DNA of 63,482 bases, the filler included, from Reticulomyxa filosa (lineage: Eukaryota; Protista; Foraminifera): assembly GCA_000512085.1 (NCBI GenBank). It is 21 parts of 21 records of this genome, joined end to end, with 100 filler letters (N's around TTAATTAATTAA, not from the genome) between each part and the next. Parts side by side here need not be neighbours in the genome. Positions count along the whole stretch, not along the records: positions 36,496 to 46,640 come from ASPP01034630.1; positions 46,741 to 47,840 come from ASPP01003885.1; positions 47,941 to 49,616 come from ASPP01013228.1; positions 49,717 to 55,925 come from ASPP01012871.1; 17 more parts are not named here. One strand, written 5' to 3'. Below are positions 38,061-49,765 of this stretch, piece by piece. Positions within the stretch are counted from its first letter, which is position 1. Each line of letters opens with the position of its first letter. A program made the translations under genes and the position numbers. The notes beneath the pieces were generated by a model. The model was given only the letters and a program-made list of their open reading frames with translations. It ran no database searches and was not told the DNA's origin.

Positions 38061-39670
38061 TACTTTTTAAAAAACTTGACTTCACCCCAAAAAGATTGCA
38101 AAGGGTCAACTGTTTTTCAACACACAAAGATTTGTGGTTCTTTTTTATAAAAAAAAAAATTTAGTTACTAAAATAAATCCAATGTAATCAATTGTTTATC
38201 ATTCACACATTTTAATCTACATTTCAAAAATTACTTTGTCTCCAAGAAATTTTGTAATTGACAATCATAAAGTAATGACTTTTCTCTGTTTTAAGTGAAA
38301 GGCGGTGTAACAATCAGCTGGTCCGAATAAAAAACAGTTTTTTTTAACGATAGGGACAGTCTTAGGTAGAAACATGTATTAAAAAATGTTCATTTGTTCA
38401 TATGTTTTTTTCCTGTTTCGATTTCTTTTAGACTCTAGTTTCATATCATTTAATTTTAAAAACCTTGGGTAAACTTAGCGATATTTGATTTGCAGCTGAC
38501 GAAAAAGGAGTTAGAAACAGTGAAAGCAATGACAGAACTATTGTTTTCTTTCGAAACTCTGGAAATTATGTTAAAATTATATTATATATCAGTCAATGGT
38601 TGAATGCACTGACAGAGATGGAGAAAATCCGTGCAATTCAGTTAGTATTAATTTTTGTGTCTCAATACTCTTTCTTTTTTGATCAAAAAGTAGAATCACA
38701 TGTGCATTTGAGACAAGAAGATACAATTGAAGTAAAGTTGCAAAAGAAAAAGCTTTGCACATTGGACTTTTTTTTTGTGATGTTTTACTGTTTCATTATT
38801 TGGGATCAAATATTTCTTGCTGCTACTGCGAATTTCACAACCTTGGATCTGATGTCATTCTTCCAATGCGCAAGTTTCTCAATTTAAAATCTCTTTAATA
38901 TTTCTGGTACTAGAGACTTGACATTTGGATGCCATATTAGCATAGTCATATCTTGATGATAATATTGAAAATACACTGCAAATTTGTTACAATCAAATGA
39001 TTTAATTATGTTATCATTCTATCATGCAAAATATGTTATCAGAAAACCAAAAATCAATTTTTTTTGAAAAATAAAAAAATAAAGAATTTTGTTAAAAGAA
39101 GTGTTATTCATGTTACATAAATATGGTACAAACAGTTGATCTTTTTCTATTTGAAAATAATTATGATTATTTAAAAATATATACATATATATGAATAAAG
39201 TACCCTTGACTTGGGCAACAATTGTGCGTATTTTTGCCCAATAAATATAGTTTTGAAATTTAATTATATACCTCAACATAATAACATGAAACACACTTTT
39301 TATACTAAAATGAATAAAATTGCTTTTGAAAACATAAGTTTTGTTGACGAAATTTATGTTAAGAAGTGATTTTTCAAATTTGTTGACTGACAGATATTGA
39401 GGACGAAATAAAGTAATGTATACAACTGTGAATTGTCTGATTATAAAAATGGAATCTTCTTTTTTTGTGTTTTACATTGTACAAAAAACATTTAGTCACA
39501 AATGCAATGGATGATATATTTCTAGATATAAAATCTGTGTAGTACATTAGTGCGAAGTGAATAAAGAAATTGTTCAGTTTTAAGAGGAAAAAGAAAAAAA
39601 CAATGACAAGATTTAGCAGTAAAAAAAAAAAACCACTTTTTTTTTTTAAAAAAAGCGCAATCTCACAACT

Positions 39671-40958
39671 TTATGAAAGGAACAGTGAAGACAAGTGGTC
39701 ATAAATTAGTCTTTGCTCTATTTCAGTGAGAGTTAAGATATCTTCAAGAATTTGATCAGTTCCCCTCTGATATTGGTAAACAAAGGCCTTGCGATAATAG
39801 TAAACAAAAGCAGCCATAAGAATTTGGCAGTCCATGCGATCGGTGATGCCCCCATGTCCGGGGATAGAATCTCCAAAGTCTTTAATTTTGAAAGCCCGTT
39901 TGAAGCCCGATGCAAAAAACCCTCCAAAGGGGGCGATAATAGACGCAAACATAGCAAAGAACACAGCATGTATTTGAAAAGGCGCGAGTCGCCACGCCCG
40001 CCACGACTCCAAGTGGAAATGAGAAAGCAGACTGGCAAGGGAGGGTGGGACATCATATTGAATAGGAACAAAGACCGAGTCTGGCGTGCAGCGCGGAACA
40101 CTCCAGGACAAGTCGTGTTTGGGACAGTAAAAGAACTCGTGTTGGGTGAACACATAAGCGAGCAGCACAGACATGAAAATAGTGCAAATACCGCCCCCAA
40201 TGGCACCTTCCCACGTTTTGTTGGGAGACAAATCAATGAGTCGCGTCTGTCCAAATATGGACCCCACGGTATAAGCAAAGATGTCATTTGTGACAATCAA
40301 AAAGCCAGGCAATAGAAACCAGGCCATGCCATCGGACAAATTCCACAGCGTGAGACTACTCAATGCAATTACTACAAATGCAGTGACCAAACACCAAGCC
40401 AATTGTTTGAATTGGTAGCGATAAAACCCAGGCTTCAGCGATATCACAAACATGACGATCCCGATGCACAACCAACAAAAGCAAACAAATGTGTGACTGT
40501 GAATCAAAAATTGAAAGTATGAGGCCAATGGATTTATAAAGTGCTCTGCCATCAATGTGGTCAACAACCATTGACCGTACAGATAGAACAAACACCCAAT
40601 CAATATCACCCAGTGCAACAGGTAAAAGTTGGGCAGCTTGGCGTCGATTCTTGGCTTCGCTCCCAAACTTGCAATCTCTCGGAATGCTAACACTTGCAAT
40701 ATGCCTATCAATGTGGCTGTGCAGATGTGTCCGAGGTATAGAATACCTACAAACGAAAAAATCATTGCCCACGTTGATACAAACCGTATCACAAACTTTT
40801 TTCCAATCACACGTCTTGTTTTTTGAGGGAGGCTTTTTCGCCTCCTTCTCTTCGTCGGTGTCTTCGTCCAGTGATTCTTCCTCACTTGCGTTGCTTTTTT
40901 TGTCATCTCCTTTGCTTGCGTTCATTCCTTTGTTACGCCGACGAAGAGTAGATTCCAT
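39671..40958 (-). CDS. CDS1: Phosphatidate cytidylyltransferase (CDP-DAG synthase); one apparent frameshift near 40800
   Basis: Contains LSPNKTWEG and SGFKRAFKIKDFGDSIPGHGGITDRMDCQ. The typical N-terminus (MESTLRRR...acidic) lies in another frame, joined across the A6 run in TGGAAAAAAGTTT. Confidence 0.93.
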
Positions 40959-41396
40959 GAGGGGTGTTTCCAAAAAATTCTTTCTTTTTTTTTGCAAATT
41001 TTCTTGTTCGCGCTGCAAACCTGCGCTTTTTTTGTTCCCTTTTCACAAAGTTACACACCAATCCACGGAGATTGTTTTAACATATTGGTAATGCTCGTTG
41101 CACAGCCTTTCGGAATATTCTACACGTCCAAAGTTGTTTAAAAATTATGTTTGCTCTTTGATTGAAAAGTGCAATGAATTACTAAGTTTCTAGGAATATT
41201 GCAATGCTGAACATAAATATTCAAAAAAAGAAAAATTAAAGCAAGCTCATCGTTTTAATCAGTTGTTCGAAAAGATGCGTTTTCGAAAGGTGCACAGTGA
41301 GGGGGAAAACTGTGTTTGAACTTTTTTCACAAAAGAAAAAAGTTTTGTTAGAAACGTTGTTGTATTACGGTGATAAAGACAAAAAGAAAAAAAAAC

Positions 41397-42419
41397 ATGG
41401 CGGATTTAGAAAAGAAAGGAGACGAAAAGTTGGCTGAAGAACATGGATCTGAAAAAGGAGGTGGAGAATCGAAAGCAATAACAGGTTTGCGCGAGTATTT
41501 GGTGTCTCGATTGAAGGATTTGCGAATAAGTGAATTAAAGTTGAATCGTAAGCCAATAGTGTTAGACAGTAAGACAGACCCAAAAAAGGCAATAGAAGTA
41601 TTATTGCAAAACAAGGTAATGGCAGCACCAGTGGCAGAAAATAACCAATTTGTGGGTGTATTTGATTTAAGAGATTGCATAAAGTATGCATTGCAAATGT
41701 ATCATAGAGATACAGTCGATAAAATAAAATCGAAAGCAATGGAGTTTTTGACAATATCTCCACATATAGCGACAAACAGTTTGAAATATTTATCAAGAAT
41801 GCGTACATTTGAAATGGTAAAAGAAAGCGAATCAATATTATCAGTGATTCGTGTATTAGCCAAAGGGGCACATATTGTAGGTATAACAAATGAAGATGGA
41901 AAAAAATTGGAAAGTATTTTAACACAAGGTGAAGTATTTCAAATTATAAGCAAATGTTGGGAAATGGAAAAAATTGTACAAATTGAAAAAGATTCCAATA
42001 TCGCTTTATCTGAATTAACAAAAGATCCTTTCAAAATTGTTACAACACCTGTTGTTACCATATCTTGCCAAATCAAAGCATATGAAGCTTTCGAAAAAAT
42101 GAGCACGTCAAATTTGAGTGGCTTGGCTGTTGTTGATAAATCTGGCGCTATTGTACACAATACCAGTGCAACGGATATCAAATTATGGTTGCTTAATAGT
42201 AACAGCTTAGATGATACCATTGAACACTTTTTAATTAATGTCAGAAAATTGTCACTTTTGGAAAAATATCCTGTTACTTCTTGTCATCTGACTGATACCT
42301 TAAGTCGTGTCATTGCCAAATTACAAGCTACTAAATTCCATCGTATATGGATTGTGGATGATCATAGAAGACCAACTGGTGTTTGTGCTATTACTGACAT
42401 TTTCCGCTTTCTTCATTAA
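41397..42419 (+). CDS. Four-CBS-domain protein (AMPK-gamma/Sds23-like)
   Basis: Intronless ORF with AAPV...FVGVFDLRD, LSGLAVVD...SATDI and FHRIWIVD...PTGVCAITDIF. Confidence 0.88.
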   Translation: MADLEKKGDEKLAEEHGSEKGGGESKAITGLREYLVSRLKDLRISELKLNRKPIVLDSKTDPKKAIEVLLQNKVMAAPVAENNQFVGVFDLRDCIKYALQMYHRDTVDKIKSKAMEFLTISPHIATNSLKYLSRMRTFEMVKESESILSVIRVLAKGAHIVGITNEDGKKLESILTQGEVFQIISKCWEMEKIVQIEKDSNIALSELTKDPFKIVTTPVVTISCQIKAYEAFEKMSTSNLSGLAVVDKSGAIVHNTSATDIKLWLLNSNSLDDTIEHFLINVRKLSLLEKYPVTSCHLTDTLSRVIAKLQATKFHRIWIVDDHRRPTGVCAITDIFRFLH

Positions 42420-43666
42420 ACGTTTTCAAATACATACACATAAATCCTTTTTTTTTTTTTTGACTACTTCAACTTTTTTTTTAATACTTGATCGGACTTT
42501 ATTATTGTCTATGTGTATGTTTTTAAATCCTGAAGTTTAGAACATATATATATACATGTCTGTGTGTATATATACTGCGCTTTTTTCCGTCTCAAATGCT
42601 TGTTGGACATTATAAATATTCGCCTCCTTTTTTCATTGTTCAAAAGTGAGGCCATGGGGGTCTATTCGTACAAATATCTTTAAAAAAGACTGTCTTTCAA
42701 CAAAAAAATTGTGAGGAGTATATTTTAAACACATTATATCTCACCTCAAAATGTGATTCAAAAAACAACAAACATTTTCTTATTCTTTCCTAAATTATTT
42801 TTGTGCTACCATATGCTATGGTACTAGTACAGAAAAAGCTGTATATCCATATTTTGCATAGGGGTTAGTGACTGACTTTTGCGTTAATGAAACCCTCGAC
42901 TTTAGACGAGTTTTATGTACTTTTTGATGTTATTCAAAACAAGACGTCTAAAGACATTACAAAAAGAATACAAGTTATAAACACGAATTAAAATCATCAC
43001 AATAATTAATGTTTTGGACAAACACGCGTCTTCATATTTTGTTTTTATTCACCCTTCGTAATTTATTAACGTGGTGGAACTATTGTAGTTGTTTAGTCAA
43101 TGGATGCTATCGTTGTAGTTTGTCAATTATACCCTTATCAAATATCTGAATATTTTTCGTCACCGATTTGTTTATAATGACTGTAGTTTTTGATTTAATT
43201 TTTTTAGAAATATTTTGCTTGTAAAAATTTTCCATAAATTTAGACATTTTTGAAAGTGATATCAAATGCATAAGTACAGTAGCTTAAACTTTTTATTACA
43301 ATGCTTGAGTTTCTCGCAACAATCGTTTCTTCTATAGTATACAAAATCTACACAATATCGTAATCTTGTAGCAGTTATTTAACCTTTTGTACTGTCTATA
43401 TACACTGCAGAAACAAATGTAAAACTTAATGCAATGCTTACATTTTACCTGTTTCTTTTTTTTCACATCGTCCTTGTTTTTTATCAGACGTGTGTGCAAG
43501 GATAAAACATTAATTGATTTCCTTGAAGTAAAAGCAGTGTTTGAAACGACTAAAAGGAGTTTTGTGAGCTTCTTTCTCTGTTTTTTTTTGGAGTTAGTTG
43601 AACCGTACAAATTGAATCAGCATTTTTGAAGCTTAACAACACTTTTTATTTAAAAAAAATTGAAAA

Positions 43667-46201
43667 ATGTTTCGACGTTGTATGGAGAGCGAAGAGTTTC
43701 TGCCCCATTTGAAATCTCGGGTGCAACAAACGCAAAGACAACAACAAAGACAATCACTGTCTGACTGGGTGAAATTGCAGGGCTGGAACGACAAAGACTC
43801 GGAGAGTATATTGAACGCATTGAAAAATGAAGGAATAAAATATTCAAGTCACTTGTTGGAATTGACGGAATCAGACCTGAAAGACATAGCAAAAGAGGGT
43901 AACTTGACGATTTTGACACGACGCAAGTTGATAACAGCGGTGTTTGACTTTCAAGATGCACACGAAGGTGAAAACCAGAGCGAGACATCAATGGAAGGAT
44001 TTGCGGCGAAAGACGAAGACGAAATGGACACGACAGTCCCACAAAGCGGGAGCAAGACAGGCAAAGCGGGGAACAGCGGCATGGTCGGGATAACAAGTGC
44101 GACGCATGAGCGCTCACAATCGCTTCAACAACAGCAACGATCAGCAGCATCGCAAATGAAAGATGGCAAATCAGAAGCTAATCAAAGCGATGGATACGGG
44201 AATAAAAAACATAACAATAGTAATAACAACAATAACGATGCCCCGTCCTCTTTCACCATGTCTGGCACAAACCGATCACACTTCCATACATTCAACGCGG
44301 GCAATACGCATAACAATAGTAATGACAGCCGCAAAACCCTTTTATTCATCTCCTACCCCTCCGACGACAACAACAGCAACGACGGTGATTGCAGGTCCTA
44401 ATTTAATGCTTGCGGACAGTAAGACAAACCACGGCTCAAGCTATCCTGTCATTCATAATAGCAACCACAATCACAGTCACAGTTACAATAACGGTGAAAT
44501 GGCCAAAAAACTGTCGACAAGTGAACACCACTTGAACGCAAGAAAATCCTCATCGTCAAGGTGGAACCCAAAGAAACCAAGATCTTCGACGAGCTGGCGC
44601 AAAAACGAGAGTTTTTTGAAGACACTATCCAACAACTGGAGAAAAAACAGCCTCATCAAACCAAATTCGATGACACGTCATGTCAAGGTATACTTTGATA
44701 ACTTTTTTTTTTTCTTACTTGAACCACAAACTAACAACATACAGACCATAATTGCACCAAAAAAAAAAAAGAAAATGTAGAAAAATAAAAAAATATTACG
44801 ACGAAATGATTGATCATCTTTCAAAACGCAAAGAGGCAGATTTGGAAAAACTCGAACATATGTATACGTACAAAAAAACGTTCCAAACAAAGGTAATCGA
44901 GCAAATGATGATTTTGTCGGAGCAGTGCCAACAAACCATTGATCAATACAACAAAGCTCTGGAATCACCCGAAAGCATTAATGACGCTATGCGGCGACAA
45001 GTTTTGTTTGATTTCTACGACAGTGCCAAATTGGATTGCATTTCCATTCCCATACCCTCAAATCCTCTTCATACACAACAAGATGCTTTGGATGCTGGCG
45101 CCAATAAAGAAAAGGATAGCAAACACACCAATACCAATGTCAATACCAATGTCAATACCAATGCCAATATCAATACCAATGTTAATACCAATACCAATAT
45201 CAATGCCAACGATAATGACAAGAATAAGGAAATAATGATAGAACTGGCAATTAACAATGAACTTATCAATGCCGAATTCGAAGTCAAAGTTGAATACGAA
45301 CTTTCTTGTCATGACTATGTTAAAAATGGTAAGTTTGTGCAGATCAAAGGTGAAAAAAAGCCAAAGCAAGAACCGAGCCGAAATGAAGAAAAAGAAAAGA
45401 AAAGGAAAAGGAAAAGGAAAAAGAAAAAGAAAAAGAAAAAGAAAAAGAAAAAGACAAAGACAAAGACAAAGACAAAGAAAAGGAAAAAAAGATAAATGAA
45501 GAGCCATGCAAAAGCAAAGAGAATGAAAAGATGTCAATGCAAGTGGACGGAGCAATATCGGACAATACAACGCCGCAGACAAAGCACGAAGAGAAAAAGA
45601 AATGGACGCCAAGCGACCCCAACTCGAAACCTTACAAAACAGCAAAGGCCTTGTTGGAGAGCATTGTGACCAAAAGCGAGACACGGAAAAACAGTCGAGA
45701 GCAAATGGTGTACTTGCGCAAGTTCTTTTTAAATCGTGGCGGTGACATTTTATCGCACATGATTCCCATGTTTATCCAAGAATACAACGGACAAGATGTT
45801 CTGATGCAATGGCTGATTGCAAATGACCAGTTCATTGTTGCCAATCTCACGCCCGCGCAAGGACTCAACGAACATGGGGACACCAGCGAGGTCAAGTCTT
45901 GCTCCAAAGCCATTCAATTGATTTTCGACTTCCTACACAAAATCATTGACGACTACCGTCTGGACACGCCCTGGAACCCTTCCTTACTCCAAATCGTGTC
46001 TTTAATCGCCGATCGCGATTACACCGCCGTCGAAACCAGCATTAAGAAAAAAGCTCTCCATGTCATTGATTTGCTTACCAATGGACCCAAGCCAAAGAGT
46101 TTGCCAATTATATATACATATATAAATATATGTATATATGTACGTATATATTATTATTATTATTATTATTATTCAAAATTTCAATCTTCATTTATATATG
46201 G

Positions 46202-46232
<31 letters not shown>

Positions 46233-46640
46233 GTGTGTGTTTGTTTGTTTTTTTTTTTGCGGGTGGGAAAAAAAGATACTTTAGAAAAACCTTCCATCAG
46301 CCCTGCTGAAAAGAGCGTGAGCAAACTTTCGAATGTTGGTCATGGGAGCATCGAGCCCAAAAAACCGGCCCCATTTGTCGATGCCTTTGATCCGTGGACT
46401 GACGTGCCACACGAAAGAAAGTTGATTGCAAAAAAAAAAAAAAAAAAAAAAAAAGACAAGATACAAAAAGCTTCTTTTTTCAAACACTGCTCGTTTGTGT
46501 TGTTTGTTCATCAAAGTATAATCAAAGAAGCACCGGTGCCATGCCAATACTTTGCAGGGGTAGACTGGGAAAAAGTTGTATTTGGAGAAAACCAATCTCG
46601 TAAAAAAGAATTAGAAAACAAATATGATGTGTCCATTAGT
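43667..46640 (+). CDS. SAM domain + coiled coil + possible TFIIS-N-like domain protein (frameshifted model)
   Basis: SAM-like segment LSDWVKLQG...LKNEGI...LLELTESDLKDI...RRKLITAV, a coiled-coil exon, and a helical block with FIQEYNGQDVLMQWL. The frame changes at about 44320, 44520 and 45490. Confidence 0.55.
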
Positions 46641-46828
46641 NNNNNNNNNNNNNNNNNNNNNNNNNNNNNNNNNNNNNNNNNNNNTTAATTAATTAANNNN
46701 NNNNNNNNNNNNNNNNNNNNNNNNNNNNNNNNNNNNNNNNTTTTTTTTTTTTTTTTTTTTTACTATCACAATAAATCAGAGAAAGATCGATAAATGAACA
46801 AGCATGCTCTACTGTCAAACACATGCAT

Positions 46829-47820
46829 TTATATACATATACATATGAACGTAACCGTATCTTTGGTAAACATTTCTTTCAATGTTTGCTGAGGTCCTTT
46901 AATGCAGACTTGCTGCAAATCCCCGTACAAGCGCAGCAAAATCAATTCCAAGTCTAAGCCTGTATTGAACAATGTCTTGACGACCTTTGGCGATGGTGCA
47001 ACCTCTTCTTCCTTCCACCCTGTTTGGTTTGTTTCTTCATTAGGCTCATCATCGTCATCTGCTTCGTCATCCTCATCGTCGATTTCATTGTTTTCCTTCT
47101 CATCTTCATTTCCATTCTTGTTTTCATTTTCATTGATGTTATCATTGTCATTGAGGTTGTCATTGAGGTTGTCATTGAGATTGTCATTGTCGTCATCATT
47201 ATTGTTATCATCATCATTATCATTATCATTATCATTATCGTTATCTATTTCGTTATCGACATCGTCACTATCTCCATTCTCCATTTTCTCCATGCTTTCT
47301 ATTTTTTCTGTTATCTCTGCGTCTTCTTCTTCTTCTTCTTCTGTGGGCTGCTCTTGTTCTGGTGATATTGGCTGTTGTATGTCTGCCTCTTGTTCATTGT
47401 CCGTCTTCTTTGACACAAGCGATTCGCTATGCCCAATAATGTCATGAGCGGTCGGCGCGACAAAGGATCCTTTATCTTCGTCATCGACGTGCATCGGAGA
47501 TACATGCACGGACTGCGCGACCACATTGGACATACTTGTCGGATCGGACGTCGATGAAGAGTGCGTAGCACTTGTAGCCATGTCCGTAGGTTCGTGACCG
47601 GTATGAATCAATCTCTTGTCGATGTGCTGCAGCAAATTCTTCACCATTTTTTCAATCCCGCCGACTGCATTTCTCGCTGACAAGACGTATTCTCTTTTAT
47701 TTCTAACATACTCTTCAATCACTTGTTCCAATTCCAGATATTCCTCCCATTTTATTGTCGGACATCTCTTTTCGACAAACACTTTTTTTCTTCTTCGCAG
47801 TTCTTCTTCACTTATTACCT
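46829..47820 (-). CDS. Hypothetical protein fragment with an acidic D/N/E-rich region
   Basis: 317-aa ORF with raised GC, flanked by intron-like repeats. Confidence 0.6.
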
Positions 47821-47940
47821 TTTTGTGTGTATGTGTGTGTNNNNNNNNNNNNNNNNNNNNNNNNNNNNNNNNNNNNNNNNNNNNTTAATTAATTAANNNN
47901 NNNNNNNNNNNNNNNNNNNNNNNNNNNNNNNNNNNNNNNN

Positions 47941-48717
47941 GTTTCATATCGAAGCAATAATTGTTTTGTTGGTTATTGAACTCTTTTTTGTTACAGTTTC
48001 TTTTGTTTTGAATCCCTTTTTAGTTTCTCCATTTCCAATATTAACTTATTTGAATTATCCTTTGGGGGTTTGGTTTTTTTTTTTTTTTTTGTCTTTATTA
48101 CTATGTTATATACAAAAAAAAGTGCAAACTTGATGCAATTGGATAGTTTGTCTCATAGATTGGAGTAATCGCATAACCATATCAAAATGAGACTTCATAT
48201 CCAAAATCAAGTGATCTTTTAGATTTGTCTGTTACACTTGTGATCACATCCAAAAGGTTTAAACCAACAATCAACCAAAACCAAAGGACAACCATTTTTT
48301 AAATGGTTTTGTACATCTTTTAGTTTTTCCTTAGAATTACATTTAATTTCTCCAGTCAATTTTTTAATATCTTGCTCGAATTGTCCCGGACACATAATTG
48401 TTAAATCACCAGTTAATTTTTGTATTAATTTAGTTTTGGAATATTGGCAATTGTCATGTTTCTCAACTGGGCATAAGTTATTGTTGTTTTTTAGAAAATC
48501 TTTCAAACATTTCTCGCCAATAATTAATACATCATCCGTACTTTCGTGCTGGGGGCAATTCAATTCTATTGGATTGTTGGTAAACGTGACAAATAAAATT
48601 TTGGATGTCTTCAGGCTTGTTTGTTCGCAAAATCCAGTCCTTGTTGTAACATGGTTGGACCGGCAAAGTTGGAGTCAATATGGTTTGCTTTTCGTTAGAT
48701 GTCTTTTCTTCCTGCAT
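47941..48717 (-). pseudogene. TRAF-type RING/zinc-finger + coiled-coil gene, frameshifted
   Basis: CYNKDWIL...FIC, then a frameshift that removes part of the RING, then NPIELNCPQH...GEKCL...CPVEKH and HLKNGCPL...CWFKPFGC. Confidence 0.75.
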
Positions 48718-49309
48718 TTCTCGCTTTCTTTGTTTTGAAGATGTTAAGATGCTTCTTACCAAAGCGATCAAAAGATAATCTAATGAGTTTTTCTTAAAAA
48801 AAAACGGGAGAAAACCTGTCGACACGTTACATTCAGTCAGTTCTTTTGTATCAACAAAAATAGATTTGCGTGCTGTGTTATCGAGACTCCTTTCCTTCTT
48901 TTATCTCTTATACCGTACATTATTTGATGAAATATCAAATTTGCATTAGTTTACAGTCAAAATATTAGATATTAATGATGATCACACAAATTCGTTTATT
49001 ACTTTAAATAAAGCAACCAAGTTGAATTAAGTAAGAAATGTTCTGAAAAATGAATATACAACTTCTCTCTAAAAAAAATGTGGTCCCCAAAATTCTACTC
49101 CAAAAAACTCGAATGTTGTGTTTTTCAACAGTGATTTTTTGAAATGTGACTTGTTGGATAGAAAAATTTTTGATTATACAAAGCATCACTACAAAAAAAC
49201 ATAAAAACGTAAAAGAGATTTTTAAAGTTGGGTTTCCTGTTCATTTTGTTTTTCTTGAAAGAATAATTTTTTATTTAAAATGAGTGTTATTCACATAAGT
49301 AAAAAAAAA

Positions 49310-49560
49310 CCATTAAAATAATCCACCACGTTGTTTTACAAGAATTTTTGTTCATCTTTTAAACCTTTTGCATCCTTCCAAGCGCTGTCTTTCATTGACA
49401 AACCACTTTGAATACCTACTCTCCAAATACAATCCACTACACTGGTCTCAGTTACATCGACAATTTTACAATTATCACAGTCCATAATCGAATCGCTTTG
49501 TCTCTTGAACATGATACTAGTTTTGAATTGTCTGGTGATAATTGAATACAATTAATACGT
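49310..49560 (-). pseudogene. C-terminal remnant resembling a NACHT/WD40 protein tail
   Basis: CIWRVGIQSGLSMKDSAWKDAKGL...Q(K)-ILVKQRGG (frameshifted) resembles the GL...LLxQRG terminal motif. A TIR at 49578 separates it from its 5' part. Confidence 0.4.
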
Positions 49561-49577
49561 GAATTATGTCCTTCTAA

Positions 49578-49616
49578 TACAGTATGTTGCAAAGAAAACT
49601 GAACGCCTAAAACATA
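49578..49616 (+). mobile_element. Tc1/mariner TIR (type A)
   Basis: Reads TA-CAGTATGTTGCAAAGAAAACTGAACGCCTAAAAC and runs into the contig edge. Confidence 0.85.
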
Positions 49617-49765
49617 NNNNNNNNNNNNNNNNNNNNNNNNNNNNNNNNNNNNNNNNNNNNTTAATTAATTAANNNNNNNNNNNNNNNNNNNNNNNNNNNN
49701 NNNNNNNNNNNNNNNNATATATATATATATATATATACATGTATATATATATATATATAAATTAG

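Noticed and set aside
45058-47447. Antisense ORFs with LS/FS/IG dipeptide repeats
   Set aside because: They are shadow frames of hexamer microsatellites inside genes on the opposite strand.
1912-49560. ART, RNF213-like, TRAF and NACHT-tail genes read as a defence island
   Set aside because: They lie on different contigs, so their proximity comes from concatenation.
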